Shown in pieces: positions 30,093-41,346 of a DNA stretch of 64,000 nucleotides. Source of the stretch: Lentisphaerota bacterium (GTDB taxonomy: Bacteria > Verrucomicrobiota > Kiritimatiellia > UBA8416 > JAUUYL01); assembly GCA_030590485.1 (NCBI GenBank), contig JAUUYL010000004.1:7878-71877 (forward strand). Direction: 5' to 3'. The position numbers and the translations under genes are program-made. The notes beneath the pieces are model-generated. The model ran no database searches and was not told the origin of the DNA. It saw only the letters and a list, made by a program, of their open reading frames with translations. The stretch's first letter is position 1. The number at the start of each line of letters is the position of its first letter.

Positions 30093-30140
30093 GAGCCTCA
30101 GATTGCTGAGTTTTTCAAACAGCGCAGCAATCTGAGGCTC
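30093..30140 (-). terminator. Strong hairpin downstream of the amtB-glnK-porin operon
   Basis: Perfect 16-bp IR GAGCCTCAGATTGCTG / CAGCAATCTGAGGCTC; pyrimidine-rich tail on the minus strand. Confidence 0.65.
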
Positions 30141-30165
30141 CAGCCACACAAGGTGGCAGGGGCAA

Positions 30166-30873
30166 TTAAAACCCGACTTTAACACCGAGAGAGCCATATA
30201 CTTTTGTGTCGTACATTCCGCCGTCTTTGAGATCAGGCAAAACATCATCCTCGAGCTGGGCGACATACGTCACCGTAGCGCTGACGGCTTTGTAACTTAA
30301 GCCAGCCGATATATCAGCATGCGAGAAGCCGCTCTCACCTTCATCCGCCTCCAGATAGCCAACTGCAACAGAAACCGCAGCACCTACGTTTTTAGAGAGT
30401 TCAAGCTCATGCCCGAGACCAAGCTCTACGTAGATGGAGTCTTCTATGCCTCCGTATAGGCCGTAATTTACCGATAATGATGGTGCTAGCACTACATCCA
30501 GACCAGCGGCTAATGTTACCTCGTGATCGGAGTCCACACCGTCATTCGGATACGTATAAGCCGTATACCCAACAGACAAGTCAGCGGCCTCACAAGGAAT
30601 GTTGTATCCTGCGATTATATCCACCTCATTGAACTTATGCTGCTTCAGCGTGCCATTGTAATCGTCTATATCCAGGTTACCCCACACCCCCAGATCAAAG
30701 TCTGAAAGATGAAACATGCCACCATGCTGAAACACAAGCCCGTCATTCAAGGTAGCACCCCTGAACACATACGCGCTCGCGAGGTCAAATGTAGCGCTCG
30801 CCGTTATATCCTCCGCCATCCCTACGGAGGTAAAAACCCAAACCGCCATTATTAATATTGATACTTTTCTCAT
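30166..30873 (-). CDS. Putative outer-membrane beta-barrel (TorF/TIGR02001-like porin)
   Basis: Signal peptide; SAYVFRG, GVWGN, EVDIIAGY; alternating beta pattern and C-terminal Phe. Confidence 0.7.
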   Translation of the reverse strand: MRKVSILIMAVWVFTSVGMAEDITASATFDLASAYVFRGATLNDGLVFQHGGMFHLSDFDLGVWGNLDIDDYNGTLKQHKFNEVDIIAGYNIPCEAADLSVGYTAYTYPNDGVDSDHEVTLAAGLDVVLAPSLSVNYGLYGGIEDSIYVELGLGHELELSKNVGAAVSVAVGYLEADEGESGFSHADISAGLSYKAVSATVTYVAQLEDDVLPDLKDGGMYDTKVYGSLGVKVGF

Positions 30874-30948
30874 TTCTATATTTCCTTCATTTTCCCGTCC
30901 AACCATTAGCCATTTAACCATCAACCATGGATGATTGGCGAGCGCCAA

Positions 30949-31290
30949 TCATCCTATGGAGTCATACCCTGTTTCACCCGTTCTGATTCTAACGCATTCC
31001 ACCAGATCCATGACAAATATTTTTCCGTCACCGATCTTTCCCGTCTTAGCCCCTTCGCAAATTGCGCCAATTGTCTTCTTGACGTACTCCTTGTTTACCG
31101 CGATTTCAAGCCTCACCTTCTTAAGCAGGTTCACCTCTATGTCTGTCCCGCGGTAACTCTCGTGATATCCCATCTGTTCTCCGCAACCTAATGCGTTTGT
31201 AACCGACATCTTATGTACATCATTCTCAAACAACGCCTTCTTTACTGCATTCAGTTTTTCCGGCTGTATATATGCTACTATCAATTTCAT
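30949..31290 (-). CDS. glnK: P-II nitrogen regulatory protein
   Basis: YRG T-loop, [18 protein letters not shown]; directly downstream of amtB. Confidence 0.9.
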   Translation of the reverse strand: MKLIVAYIQPEKLNAVKKALFENDVHKMSVTNALGCGEQMGYHESYRGTDIEVNLLKKVRLEIAVNKEYVKKTIGAICEGAKTGKIGDGKIFVMDLVECVRIRTGETGYDSIG

Positions 31291-31374
31291 CTCTTCTCCT
31301 CCCATTCTTGATCTTACTCTTAGTCCCCGAATCAAGTTCGGGATCACTGCTACGTAGCGACTTAATCCTCTACC

Positions 31375-32745
31375 TTACTGACTTGTAAAGATCTGAAATC
31401 CTGAATATGCTTCCATTCCATGTTCACCAATATCCAGCCCTTTAAGTTCTTCATCTTCACTGACCCTTATGCCAACTGTAGATTTGAGACCTTTGAAGAT
31501 AAGAAATGCCACAGGGAAACACACAACAGCATAACTGGCGATTCCGACAAGTTGAACGCCCAGAGATATTGTATAAGCATCTGCACCCTCTCCAACAACT
31601 GTTCCGTTTGCGAAGACACCAACAAACAATGTGCCTAAAATTCCACAGACAAGGTGCACAGTCGTCGCACCAACAGGATCATCTATCCTGATTCGGTCAA
31701 AAGTCATAACGGAAACCACTGCTATTGCACCGCAAATTAGACCTACGAGAACCGCGACTCTTACCGACAATATATCCGCACCTGCAGTGATTCCGACTAA
31801 GCCAGCAAGACAGCCATTCAGAACCATACTTAAGTCAGGCTTCTTCTGTATGGTCCAGGACGCGATCATTGCACCCATGATTCCGGCAGCCGCAGCAAGC
31901 GAGGTCGTGGTCAGCACGTACGGTACTGCAGTCGGATCAGCCGACAACACAGAGCCGCCATTAAAACCAAACCATCCCAACCAAAGCAGAAACGCTCCGA
32001 TGGTCAACAGAGGCATATTGTGCCCCATGATCGGCTTAACCGTGCCGTTGACATACTTTCCAAGCCTTGGACCCAGCAAGATAATACCGGCCAACGCCGC
32101 CCATCCGCCTACAGAGTGAACAAGAGTCGAGCCAGCAAAGTCATGAAAACCCATCTCGGCCAACCAACCGCCGCCCCACTTCCATGAACCCACAAATGGA
32201 TACACGAGCATTACGTATATAGCCGAGAAGATCAGAAATGGTCCCAATTTTATTCTTTCAGCAACCGCACCCGAAACGATTGTTGCCGAAGTGGCAGCAA
32301 ACATCCCCTGAAACAGGAAATCCGTCCAGTAACTGTAATTACCCCCTGCATAGGCAATTCCGCCCGCGGCACCTTCAGGGCAACTAAGTCCCATGCCTGC
32401 AAAACCAAGCACTTTGCCAAACAACCAACTGTCGCCCGGATACATCAAGTTGAAACCTATTAACGTATAAGTCAGCAACCCTATAGAGACAATTGCAGTA
32501 TTCTTAAAAAGAATATTCACCGTATTTTTCGCTCTGGTCAACCCTGACTCTACAGTGGCAAACCCGAGATGCATAATAAATACGAGAAAGATGGAAACCA
32601 TCATCCAAATATTATTAGCCGTATACAACGCAATATCTGCGGTCGAATACTCAACCGCCGCCTCTTCCGCCATCACTTCACCTGCCCCCGCAAGGAATGC
32701 CAAAGCAACCCCCGCCACTATCATGTACTTGAACCAAGTTTTCAT
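31375..32745 (-). CDS. amtB: Ammonium transporter AmtB
   Basis: FQGMFAA, IVSGAVAER, DFAGSTLVH, LWLGWFGFNGGS, DDPVGA...H. Confidence 0.95.
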   Translation of the reverse strand: MKTWFKYMIVAGVALAFLAGAGEVMAEEAAVEYSTADIALYTANNIWMMVSIFLVFIMHLGFATVESGLTRAKNTVNILFKNTAIVSIGLLTYTLIGFNLMYPGDSWLFGKVLGFAGMGLSCPEGAAGGIAYAGGNYSYWTDFLFQGMFAATSATIVSGAVAERIKLGPFLIFSAIYVMLVYPFVGSWKWGGGWLAEMGFHDFAGSTLVHSVGGWAALAGIILLGPRLGKYVNGTVKPIMGHNMPLLTIGAFLLWLGWFGFNGGSVLSADPTAVPYVLTTTSLAAAAGIMGAMIASWTIQKKPDLSMVLNGCLAGLVGITAGADILSVRVAVLVGLICGAIAVVSVMTFDRIRIDDPVGATTVHLVCGILGTLFVGVFANGTVVGEGADAYTISLGVQLVGIASYAVVCFPVAFLIFKGLKSTVGIRVSEDEELKGLDIGEHGMEAYSGFQIFTSQ

Positions 32746-32792
32746 ACCTACTCCTTCCATTTGAGTGTTAAGGTTCATTGACAGGGGTTATC

Positions 32793-32807
32793 GCAACAAG
32801 CGTGCCA
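32793..32807 (-). promoter_or_regulatory. Sigma-54 (-24/-12) promoter of amtB-glnK-porin
   Basis: Minus strand TGGCACGCTTGTTGC matches the consensus TGGCACG-N4-TTGC exactly. Confidence 0.85.
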
Positions 32808-32906
32808 ACTTTACATGAAAATTACGCCAATTTTTTAACACTCTGCATTCAAAGGTCTTACATCGAAAAAGATGGAGAGCGAGGACTCTTTGCGCTATAA
32901 ATTTTA

Positions 32907-32948
32907 TACATTTTTGTAGTTGACATCTAAACGTAATACATTATTGTA
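32907..32948. promoter_or_regulatory. Two TACA-N4-TGTA palindromes (candidate enhancer sites) overlapping the activator gene promoter
   Basis: TACAttttTGTA 32907-32918 and TACAttatTGTA 32937-32948; TTGACA(32920)-16-TATTGT. Confidence 0.55.
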
Positions 32949-32957
32949 AGTGGCGTT

Positions 32958-34520
32958 ATGAGCTCATCTCAAGATAAAGCCAAGAGTAATTCAAAGCGGT
33001 CGAAGCTGGAGCTGGATATCTTCTATAAGATATCGCAGGCGATGGCGCATCAGCATGAGATCCCCACTCTCCTTAATGAAGTGCTGGATATTATGGAGAC
33101 GGAGCTTGGCCTTTCACGGGGTACTCTAGCCTTAAGACAGCCGGACTCGGACATCTTTGAGATCAAGGCATCGCGAGGCCTCACATCTGCCGAAAGAAAG
33201 CGTGGTCAATACAATCTTGGTGAAGGAGTCACCGGCATAGTGGCGAAGACAGGCAAGCCCGCCACCATAGCTGACATCTCAAAGGATCCTAATTTTCTCG
33301 ATCGCACCAAATCAAGAAAGGATGCCCGCGTCGCGTTTCTTTGCGTACCCATCACCCATCTGCGCCAGGTTATAGGCACGATAAGCATTGATCGCCCAAT
33401 TACCAGTGATGACGAACTTAAGCGGGACATTAAATTTCTCAAACTCGTAGCTGACCTCCTTGCCGAATCGGTATCAAGCATCAGAGAGCAAATGGAGGAG
33501 AAGGAAAGCCTTACAGCGGAGAACCGCCTGCTCAGACAACAGCTTGGCGACAGATATCACCCGAGCAACATAATTGGTAACTGCGGTAGCATGCGCCAGG
33601 TTTACGAGCATATCGCGCAAGTCGCCGACAGCGCGGCAACGGTACTGATTCGAGGTGAGTCAGGAACAGGCAAAGAACTTGTGGCGCGCGCCATCCAGGC
33701 AATAAGCCCCCGAAAGAACAACGCATTCATCTGCGTCAACTGCGCTGCCCTTCCTGAAAACCTTATAGAAAGCGAACTTTTCGGCCACGAAAAAGGCGCG
33801 TTTACAGGCGCAATGAACCAGCGAAAAGGCCGATTCGAAATGGCCAACGGCGGGACACTGTTCCTTGACGAAATAGGCGACATCTCCCCAAGCGTTCAAG
33901 TGCGCCTTCTACGCGTTCTCCAGGAGCAGACTTTTGAGCGAGTCGGAAGCGACAAGACAACGACCGTTAACGTACGAGTGATTACGGCCACAAGTAGCAA
34001 TTTGGAAGAAGCCATCAGGGACGGCAAGTTCAGAGAGGATCTGTACTACAGGCTCAACGTGTTTCCTATCCACATCCCTTCGCTACGCGAAAGACGAGCC
34101 GACATAATGATGTTGGCCGATTACTTCATTCAGAAATATAACGAGCTTTACAATAAGAATATCAAGAGGATTTCGACTGCAGCAATCAATATGATGATGG
34201 CATATCACTGGCCGGGAAACGTCAGAGAGCTTGAGAACTGCATTGAGAGAGCTGTCCTTACATGTACGGATAATGTCATCCATGGCTACGCGCTACCACC
34301 TTCTCTACAGACAAGCGATGAGACAAATACTGAAGTCATGTCCGCAGAAGGTGCTAGTTTAAAAGCACTACTTGAATCATACGAGCGAGAGATAATTATC
34401 GATGCGTTGAAAAAGCATCGCGGTAATGCTACCGCCGTAGCAAAGGAACTGCATGCAACGCAGCGAGTGATCAATTACAGTATCAAGCTGCTTGCCATCA
34501 CCCCGCATAACTATAAATAG
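32958..34520 (+). CDS. NifA-like sigma-54 enhancer-binding protein (GAF-AAA+-HTH)
   Basis: GAF domain (GEGVTG, FLCVPI), [28 protein letters not shown]-terminal HTH. Confidence 0.92.
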   Translation: MSSSQDKAKSNSKRSKLELDIFYKISQAMAHQHEIPTLLNEVLDIMETELGLSRGTLALRQPDSDIFEIKASRGLTSAERKRGQYNLGEGVTGIVAKTGKPATIADISKDPNFLDRTKSRKDARVAFLCVPITHLRQVIGTISIDRPITSDDELKRDIKFLKLVADLLAESVSSIREQMEEKESLTAENRLLRQQLGDRYHPSNIIGNCGSMRQVYEHIAQVADSAATVLIRGESGTGKELVARAIQAISPRKNNAFICVNCAALPENLIESELFGHEKGAFTGAMNQRKGRFEMANGGTLFLDEIGDISPSVQVRLLRVLQEQTFERVGSDKTTTVNVRVITATSSNLEEAIRDGKFREDLYYRLNVFPIHIPSLRERRADIMMLADYFIQKYNELYNKNIKRISTAAINMMMAYHWPGNVRELENCIERAVLTCTDNVIHGYALPPSLQTSDETNTEVMSAEGASLKALLESYEREIIIDALKKHRGNATAVAKELHATQRVINYSIKLLAITPHNYK

Positions 34521-34543
34521 TCTTTACGCTACCGCGTAAAGAC
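34520..34543. terminator. Hairpin between convergent genes
   Basis: GTCTTTACGC-TACC-GCGTAAAGAC perfect 10-bp stem. Confidence 0.55.
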
Positions 34544-34583
34544 TGGTTATTAGTTATTGGGCTTAAGAATCAAAGACTTCACC

Positions 34584-34712
34584 ACCACACCGCCCTTCGC
34601 CTTGCCAGCCCTCCCGACTGGTCGGGGGCAGGCTGGGGCACCCCTCCGGAGGAGAGGAACAAGATTTAGAAGATCCCATCCTTGGAGGGGTCCGCGCAGC
34701 GGGGGGTTGGTT
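34584..34712. repeat. REP-like inverted doublet; includes copy 3 of the repeat
   Basis: 34584-34658 is near-identical to 4571-4646; degenerate opposite arm at 34673-34712. Confidence 0.85.
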
Positions 34713-34718
34713 GATACC

Positions 34719-35723
34719 CTACCGGAACTTACGAAGCACTTCTCGCGCGCTGATGAACGAGGCATAATCCTCGAGACCTGCCAGAGAATAAAATGACAGC
34801 CGAATTCCCAATTCCTTAGCTGCGGCCACAGCGTTCAAGCCGCCCGCGACAACCATGCCGCAATGCCCTTCCGAGACATTTATACCAAACAGCGGCTGAT
34901 TCGGCCGTCCGATAGCAAGAACTCCGCCAAGATTAAATTTTTTGATTCCTTTCACTATAGTCTTGATCTGATCAACCGCAGCAGTCGGGACCTCGCGAAA
35001 ACTGGCACATATTATTCCCGACCCCCGCAAAACAACATTTCTTACTCTGGTCATGTCGGCCCTGATAAAGATTTCAAGCGGGTCAAGCGTCGATCCACCA
35101 TACTCTATCATATTGACAAATCGAGTCATTCGTCGTTCCTTGATTTCCAGTAACCCTCCGAAGCGCGAAACAACAGGCACTCCCGCCTTCTGCAAAATAC
35201 CATTTAGCGTAAGACTACAAACAGTTCCAATGGCAGTAAACCCCTCAGGCACAATCATCCCTCCGAGCTCCTCGCCCGACTCCGCGACAGCCATCATATT
35301 CCCCATAACCAGATCCTGCGCAGCAACAAGCTGTATTTCCCTCACAATCCTTCCAACCTCAGCCGGATCGACCAAAGCTATATTGACAATTACGCTTCCC
35401 TCACCTTTCTCAGCATCCAGGGTCATTCGATATGCAAGCGTATCAACCTTTGCAGAGACTATTCCTACACGCGACACATGATCATCCGACGTCAACAGCT
35501 CCTGACGCCCCTTCTCCGTTATCTCTCTCCCCATTCTCCGACTGACAAGGCGCGTAAACCCACCGTCATCCAACTGCATAAGATAATGGCGAACCGTCCG
35601 AGGCTGAAGATCTACGCCCTCAGCCAAAAGCAAAGCCGCAATCTGCGATGCCCCAATCGGCCTCATCGTATCATTCAACGCCCTCAGAATCCCCATACGC
35701 GCACGATCAGCTCTCTCCGCCAT
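34719..35723 (-). CDS. nrpR: NrpR-family transcriptional regulator (winged HTH + DUF128 domain)
   Basis: PIGASQIA...RTVRHYL...GREITEKGRQEL; TVCSLTLNG, YGGSTLDPLEIFI, ASFRE, GGLN. Confidence 0.85.
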   Translation of the reverse strand: MAERADRARMGILRALNDTMRPIGASQIAALLLAEGVDLQPRTVRHYLMQLDDGGFTRLVSRRMGREITEKGRQELLTSDDHVSRVGIVSAKVDTLAYRMTLDAEKGEGSVIVNIALVDPAEVGRIVREIQLVAAQDLVMGNMMAVAESGEELGGMIVPEGFTAIGTVCSLTLNGILQKAGVPVVSRFGGLLEIKERRMTRFVNMIEYGGSTLDPLEIFIRADMTRVRNVVLRGSGIICASFREVPTAAVDQIKTIVKGIKKFNLGGVLAIGRPNQPLFGINVSEGHCGMVVAGGLNAVAAAKELGIRLSFYSLAGLEDYASFISAREVLRKFR

Positions 35724-35821
35724 TTCTAAAACCTCCGCTTTATCTTACCGCTTCAATGAAAAGAAAACACCATTTCTACCGCATTCAACCGAATCAATGA
35801 TAAGTCTTGGACAAAACTATT

Positions 35822-35839
35822 AACGGCAATATTGCCGTT
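35822..35839. promoter_or_regulatory. Perfect 18-bp palindrome, candidate operator
   Basis: AACGGCAATATTGCCGTT between the divergent nrpR and gdhA genes. Confidence 0.6.
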
Positions 35840-35869
35840 TAAATGTGCCTCTATATTGCATCATTGCGG

Positions 35870-37292
<1,423 letters not shown>

Positions 37293-37312
37293 GGCTGTTT
37301 AAAAGCAATTAG

Positions 37313-37353
37313 AAAGCGGCCCTGTATCACTACGATCAGGGCCGTTTTTCTTT
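37313..37353 (+). terminator. Rho-independent terminator of gdhA
   Basis: CGGCCCTG...CAGGGCCG stem followed by TTTTTCTTT. Confidence 0.8.
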
Positions 37354-37427
37354 ATAGACTTCAAATTTAACATTAATCTGTTCAAGACGCTTGCATAGCG
37401 GCAACAATTTTGACAGATTGACTCTGC

Positions 37428-37446
37428 TGTCAGCAAATTACTGACA
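37428..37446. promoter_or_regulatory. Palindrome upstream of the purF-like gene
   Basis: TGTCAGCAAATTACTGACA (8 of 9 pairs complementary). Confidence 0.45.
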
Positions 37447-37482
37447 TCCACTACAAATATTCTTAACCTTAAGGAGAACAAA

Positions 37483-38895
37483 ATGGGCGGTTTCTTCGGC
37501 GTAACTTCAAAAGACGACTGTGTTAATGATTTATTTTTCGGCACAGACTACCAGTCACATCTGGGCACGCAACGTGGTGGGCTTGCTGTAATCGACGGCG
37601 ACGAATTCACTCGGTTCATTCACGACATCCGCAACGCACAATTTCGTTCAAAGTTTGATGATGACATCAAAAAAATGAACGGCCCATCAGGAATCGGCGT
37701 CATCAGCGATTTCGAAGATCAACCCATTATGGTCAATTCACATCTTGGCCAGTATGCCATCGTCACAGTGGGCGTCATACAAAACGCCGAAGAGCTTGTC
37801 GCAAAGGCTTTCAAGAGAAAACATACACATTTCGCGGAAATGGGCGGCGGCTACGTCAACCCGACAGAAATAGTTTCCACCCTTATAAACGAAGAAAACT
37901 CTTTCGAAGCAGGTCTTGAAAGCGCTCAGGAACAGATCGAGGGCTCATGCTCCATCCTCCTCTTATGCAAAGACGGCATATATGCCGCTCGCGACAGATT
38001 GGGACGTACCCCTATCGTTATTGGCCGAAAAGAGGATTCTTATTGCGCCGCTACGGAAAACTGCTCGTTCCCAAATCTTGATTACGAAATAGAGAAGGAT
38101 CTTGGGCCTGGCGAAATAGTCCTGATGACCTCGCAAGGAATCGAGCAAAAGAAAGCTCCAAACGAAAAAATGCAGATATGCTCCTTCCTTTGGGTTTACT
38201 ACGGATATCCATCATCATCCTATGAAGGCATAAACGTTGAAAACGTCAGATATAGATGTGGAGCCGCACTCGCCAAGAACGACGCTCACACGGTCGACAA
38301 GGTGGCCGGCATACCAGATTCGGGAACAGCACATGCTATCGGATATGCCAACGAAGCAAAAGTTCCATACATGAGACCTTTCGTTAAGTACACACCAACA
38401 TGGCCTCGTAGTTTCATGCCGCAAAATCAGGAAATAAGAAATCTAGTCGCACGCATGAAGCTTATCCCAATCAAGGAATTGATCAAGGGTCACAGCATTG
38501 CATTCTGCGAAGACTCGATTGTACGCGGTACTCAGCTACAGGATATCGTGCAGAGGGTATTCGATTACGGAGCGAAAGAATTTCATATGCGCCCCGCCTG
38601 CCCGCCCCTGGTCTACGGTTGCAAATACCTGAATTTCTCAAGATCTAGATCAATACTGGATCTAGCAACAAGAAAAGCCATGAAGGAAATCGAAGGGACA
38701 GAGTATCCTGACAATCATGCGGAATACGCTGATTTCAATTCAGACAAATATGCGGAGATGATAGAAAGTATCCGCAAGCGCCTGAAACTGTCTTCTCTGC
38801 AATTCCAAAAACTTCCTGACCTTGTTGAGGCTATTGGCCTGCCAAAAGAAAAGCTCTGTACATACTGCTGGGACGGATGCGATGGCTGTAATTAG
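37483..38895 (+). CDS. Amidophosphoribosyltransferase-like protein lacking the N-terminal catalytic Cys
   Basis: Ntn-type N-domain (RDRLGRTP), GIPDSG, EDSIVRGT PRPP loop, Fe-S Cys (ICSF, YGC, LCTYC); starts MGG rather than MCG. Confidence 0.85.
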   Translation: MGGFFGVTSKDDCVNDLFFGTDYQSHLGTQRGGLAVIDGDEFTRFIHDIRNAQFRSKFDDDIKKMNGPSGIGVISDFEDQPIMVNSHLGQYAIVTVGVIQNAEELVAKAFKRKHTHFAEMGGGYVNPTEIVSTLINEENSFEAGLESAQEQIEGSCSILLLCKDGIYAARDRLGRTPIVIGRKEDSYCAATENCSFPNLDYEIEKDLGPGEIVLMTSQGIEQKKAPNEKMQICSFLWVYYGYPSSSYEGINVENVRYRCGAALAKNDAHTVDKVAGIPDSGTAHAIGYANEAKVPYMRPFVKYTPTWPRSFMPQNQEIRNLVARMKLIPIKELIKGHSIAFCEDSIVRGTQLQDIVQRVFDYGAKEFHMRPACPPLVYGCKYLNFSRSRSILDLATRKAMKEIEGTEYPDNHAEYADFNSDKYAEMIESIRKRLKLSSLQFQKLPDLVEAIGLPKEKLCTYCWDGCDGCN

Positions 38896-38898
38896 ACG

Positions 38899-39753
38899 AT
38901 GAATAGAATTATAGAGACAACTCAGCTTTCGGACGATGTTTTTAAACTCATAGTTGACGCTCCCCTCATCGCGGAGGAGCGCAAACCTGGTCAGTTCATC
39001 ATCCTTCAAATCCATGACGATGGTGAGCGTATTCCGCTTACAATCGCGGATGGCAACAGCAAAAAAGGTACCATCACCCTGATATTCCAGGCTGTTGGCA
39101 GATCCACTCATATGCTCGCAAACTTTAAAGTGGGAGATGAGATTGCTCATCTACTCGGACCGCTCGGGACGCCCACACATATTGAGAAATTCGGACATGT
39201 AGTCTGCGTCGGCGGCGGGATTGGTGTCGCGCCAATGCATCCCATCGCTCAAGGAATGAAAGTGGCAGGAAACAAGGTGACAATCATCATGGGTGCCAGG
39301 AACAAGGAACTGATGGTTCTCGAGGACGAAATGCGTACCATAGCAGATGACCTGATTATCTGCACGGACGACGGCTCGCACGGCCGCAAATGTCTGGTCA
39401 CGGAACCGCTGAAGGAACTCTGCGAAAACGATCCGAAGCCCGATCTGGCTGTTGCCATAGGACCACCTATCATGATGAAGTTCTGCGCCGAGACGACCAG
39501 ACCTTACGAGGTCCACACGCTCGTATCACTAAACACTATAATGATAGACGGAACAGGAATGTGCGGCGGATGCAGAGTCTCTGTTGGCGGAAAAACTAAG
39601 TTCGTATGCGTAGACGGTCCGGAATTCGACGGACACAAAGTGGATTTTGATAACATGATGCTTCGACTCGGTGCTTACAAAAAGCGCGAAGCGGACGATC
39701 ATCACAAATGCCACATAGAGCTTGGAATAGATTGGACTGCGGACAAAGGATAG
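38899..39753 (+). CDS. nfnA: NfnA (small subunit of NADH-dependent reduced ferredoxin:NADP oxidoreductase)
   Basis: PGQF, ERIPLT, GPLG, GGGIG, TDDGS, DGTGMCGGCRV...CVDGPEF. Confidence 0.85.
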   Translation: MNRIIETTQLSDDVFKLIVDAPLIAEERKPGQFIILQIHDDGERIPLTIADGNSKKGTITLIFQAVGRSTHMLANFKVGDEIAHLLGPLGTPTHIEKFGHVVCVGGGIGVAPMHPIAQGMKVAGNKVTIIMGARNKELMVLEDEMRTIADDLIICTDDGSHGRKCLVTEPLKELCENDPKPDLAVAIGPPIMMKFCAETTRPYEVHTLVSLNTIMIDGTGMCGGCRVSVGGKTKFVCVDGPEFDGHKVDFDNMMLRLGAYKKREADDHHKCHIELGIDWTADKG

Positions 39754-41229
39754 ATGGATTATCACTTAATGAACGACGAAGCAAAGAAACAACTTGCCAA
39801 TATTGATTCACGCGAAGAACCGCTGAAGCCCAAAGACCGCATTGCGATTCCAACGCAGGAAATGCCAACGCAAGACCCGATTGAGCGAGGTAAAGATTTC
39901 ACCGAGGTTGCCACTGGCTACACTGCAGAACAGGCACAACTGGAGTCTATCCGATGCCTGCAATGTAAAACGGCACCATGTATAGCTGGCTGCCCGGTCG
40001 GAATCAACATCCCCGGCTTTCTCAAGGCTGCATCCGAAGGCAATTTCGAAAAATCTGTCCAAATCATAAAAGAAAGCAGTCTCCTTCCCGCAATATGCGG
40101 CAGAGTCTGTCCGCAGGAAACCCAGTGCCAGGAGCCATGCACAGTAGGTAAAGCACTTAAAGACGTCGAGCAGGCTGTCTCCATAGGACGCGTTGAACGA
40201 TATGTAGCTGACCTCGAACGTGACAATGGTATCGTAACCCCTGCCGTGAAATCGAAAACAGGCAAAAAAGTAGCTGTAATAGGAAGCGGTCCAGCGGGAC
40301 TCGTGGTGGCAGCAGACGTCCGACGAGAAGGTCATGACGTAACAATCCTGGAAGCATTCCACAAACCCGGTGGTGTCATGGTTTATGGCATTCCTGAATT
40401 CAGATTACCCAAGGCTATTGTTCAGACAGAAATCGACACCCTCATAGCTATGGGCGTGGAACTTAAAACCGATTTCGTAGTCGGACGCACCCGCAAACTC
40501 AAGGACCTGATCGAAAAAGACGGTTACGATGCTGTCTTCGTCGCAACAGGTGCAGGGTTGCCAAGATTCATGAATATCGAAGGCGAGAATCTTGTCGGAG
40601 TCTTTTCCGCAAATGAATATCTGACACGCGCAAATCTTATGAAAGCATACGACCGTGAAAACGCAGATACACCCATCATACAATCACGGAAGGTTGCTGT
40701 CCTGGGAGGCGGAAATGTTGCCATGGATTCTGCTCGCACCGCATTACGTCTTGGCGCAGAAGAAGTTCATATCGTTTACAGGCGCACGGAAAAAGAAATG
40801 CCCGCGCGAGTCGAAGAAGTTCACCACGCACAAGAGGAAGGCATCGTTTTCCATCTTCTAGAGAACGCAAAAAGCATACTTGGGGACGATCAGGGCCTCG
40901 TGACCGGCATGGAATGTCTGCGTTACGAGCTGGGCGCGCCGGACGAGTCCGGGCGACGCCGCCCCGTTGTTATCGAAGGAAGCGAATTTATTATGGATGT
41001 TGATACAGTAATTGTCGCTATCGGCAACGACTCGAATCCGCTCATCAAGCAGACCACCCCAGAAATCGAATGCAATAAATGGGGGAACATCATTGTCGAC
41101 GACACCGGAAAGACATCCATGGATTGCGTCTACGCAGGTGGCGACATCGTTCTGGGGGCGGCAACTGTAATCCTCGCTATGGGCGAAGGACGCAGAGCCG
41201 CAGCATCGATCAACGCATTGCTTGCGTAA
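39754..41229 (+). CDS. nfnB: NfnB (GltD-like large subunit)
   Basis: RCLQC...CIAGCP, CGRVCPQETQC, GSGPAG, GGGNVAMD, VYRR; adjacent to nfnA. Confidence 0.85.
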   Translation: MDYHLMNDEAKKQLANIDSREEPLKPKDRIAIPTQEMPTQDPIERGKDFTEVATGYTAEQAQLESIRCLQCKTAPCIAGCPVGINIPGFLKAASEGNFEKSVQIIKESSLLPAICGRVCPQETQCQEPCTVGKALKDVEQAVSIGRVERYVADLERDNGIVTPAVKSKTGKKVAVIGSGPAGLVVAADVRREGHDVTILEAFHKPGGVMVYGIPEFRLPKAIVQTEIDTLIAMGVELKTDFVVGRTRKLKDLIEKDGYDAVFVATGAGLPRFMNIEGENLVGVFSANEYLTRANLMKAYDRENADTPIIQSRKVAVLGGGNVAMDSARTALRLGAEEVHIVYRRTEKEMPARVEEVHHAQEEGIVFHLLENAKSILGDDQGLVTGMECLRYELGAPDESGRRRPVVIEGSEFIMDVDTVIVAIGNDSNPLIKQTTPEIECNKWGNIIVDDTGKTSMDCVYAGGDIVLGAATVILAMGEGRRAAASINALLA

Positions 41230-41346
41230 GAACAAACACCATTCCTTGCACTCAGCCATAAGCCATTCTAATCCGAAGGATCGTGCCGTATCAAAAACCT
41301 CTTTTGACACGCGGATCAATAACTACTGCTTTTGTTAGAAGCAGGC

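Noticed and set aside
32958..34520. Evidence of nitrogen fixation
   Set aside because: Only a NifA-like architecture; no nif structural genes in the window
39754..41229. Glutamate synthase small subunit
   Set aside because: No gltB adjacent and it pairs with an NfnA-type gene; NfnB is the better call
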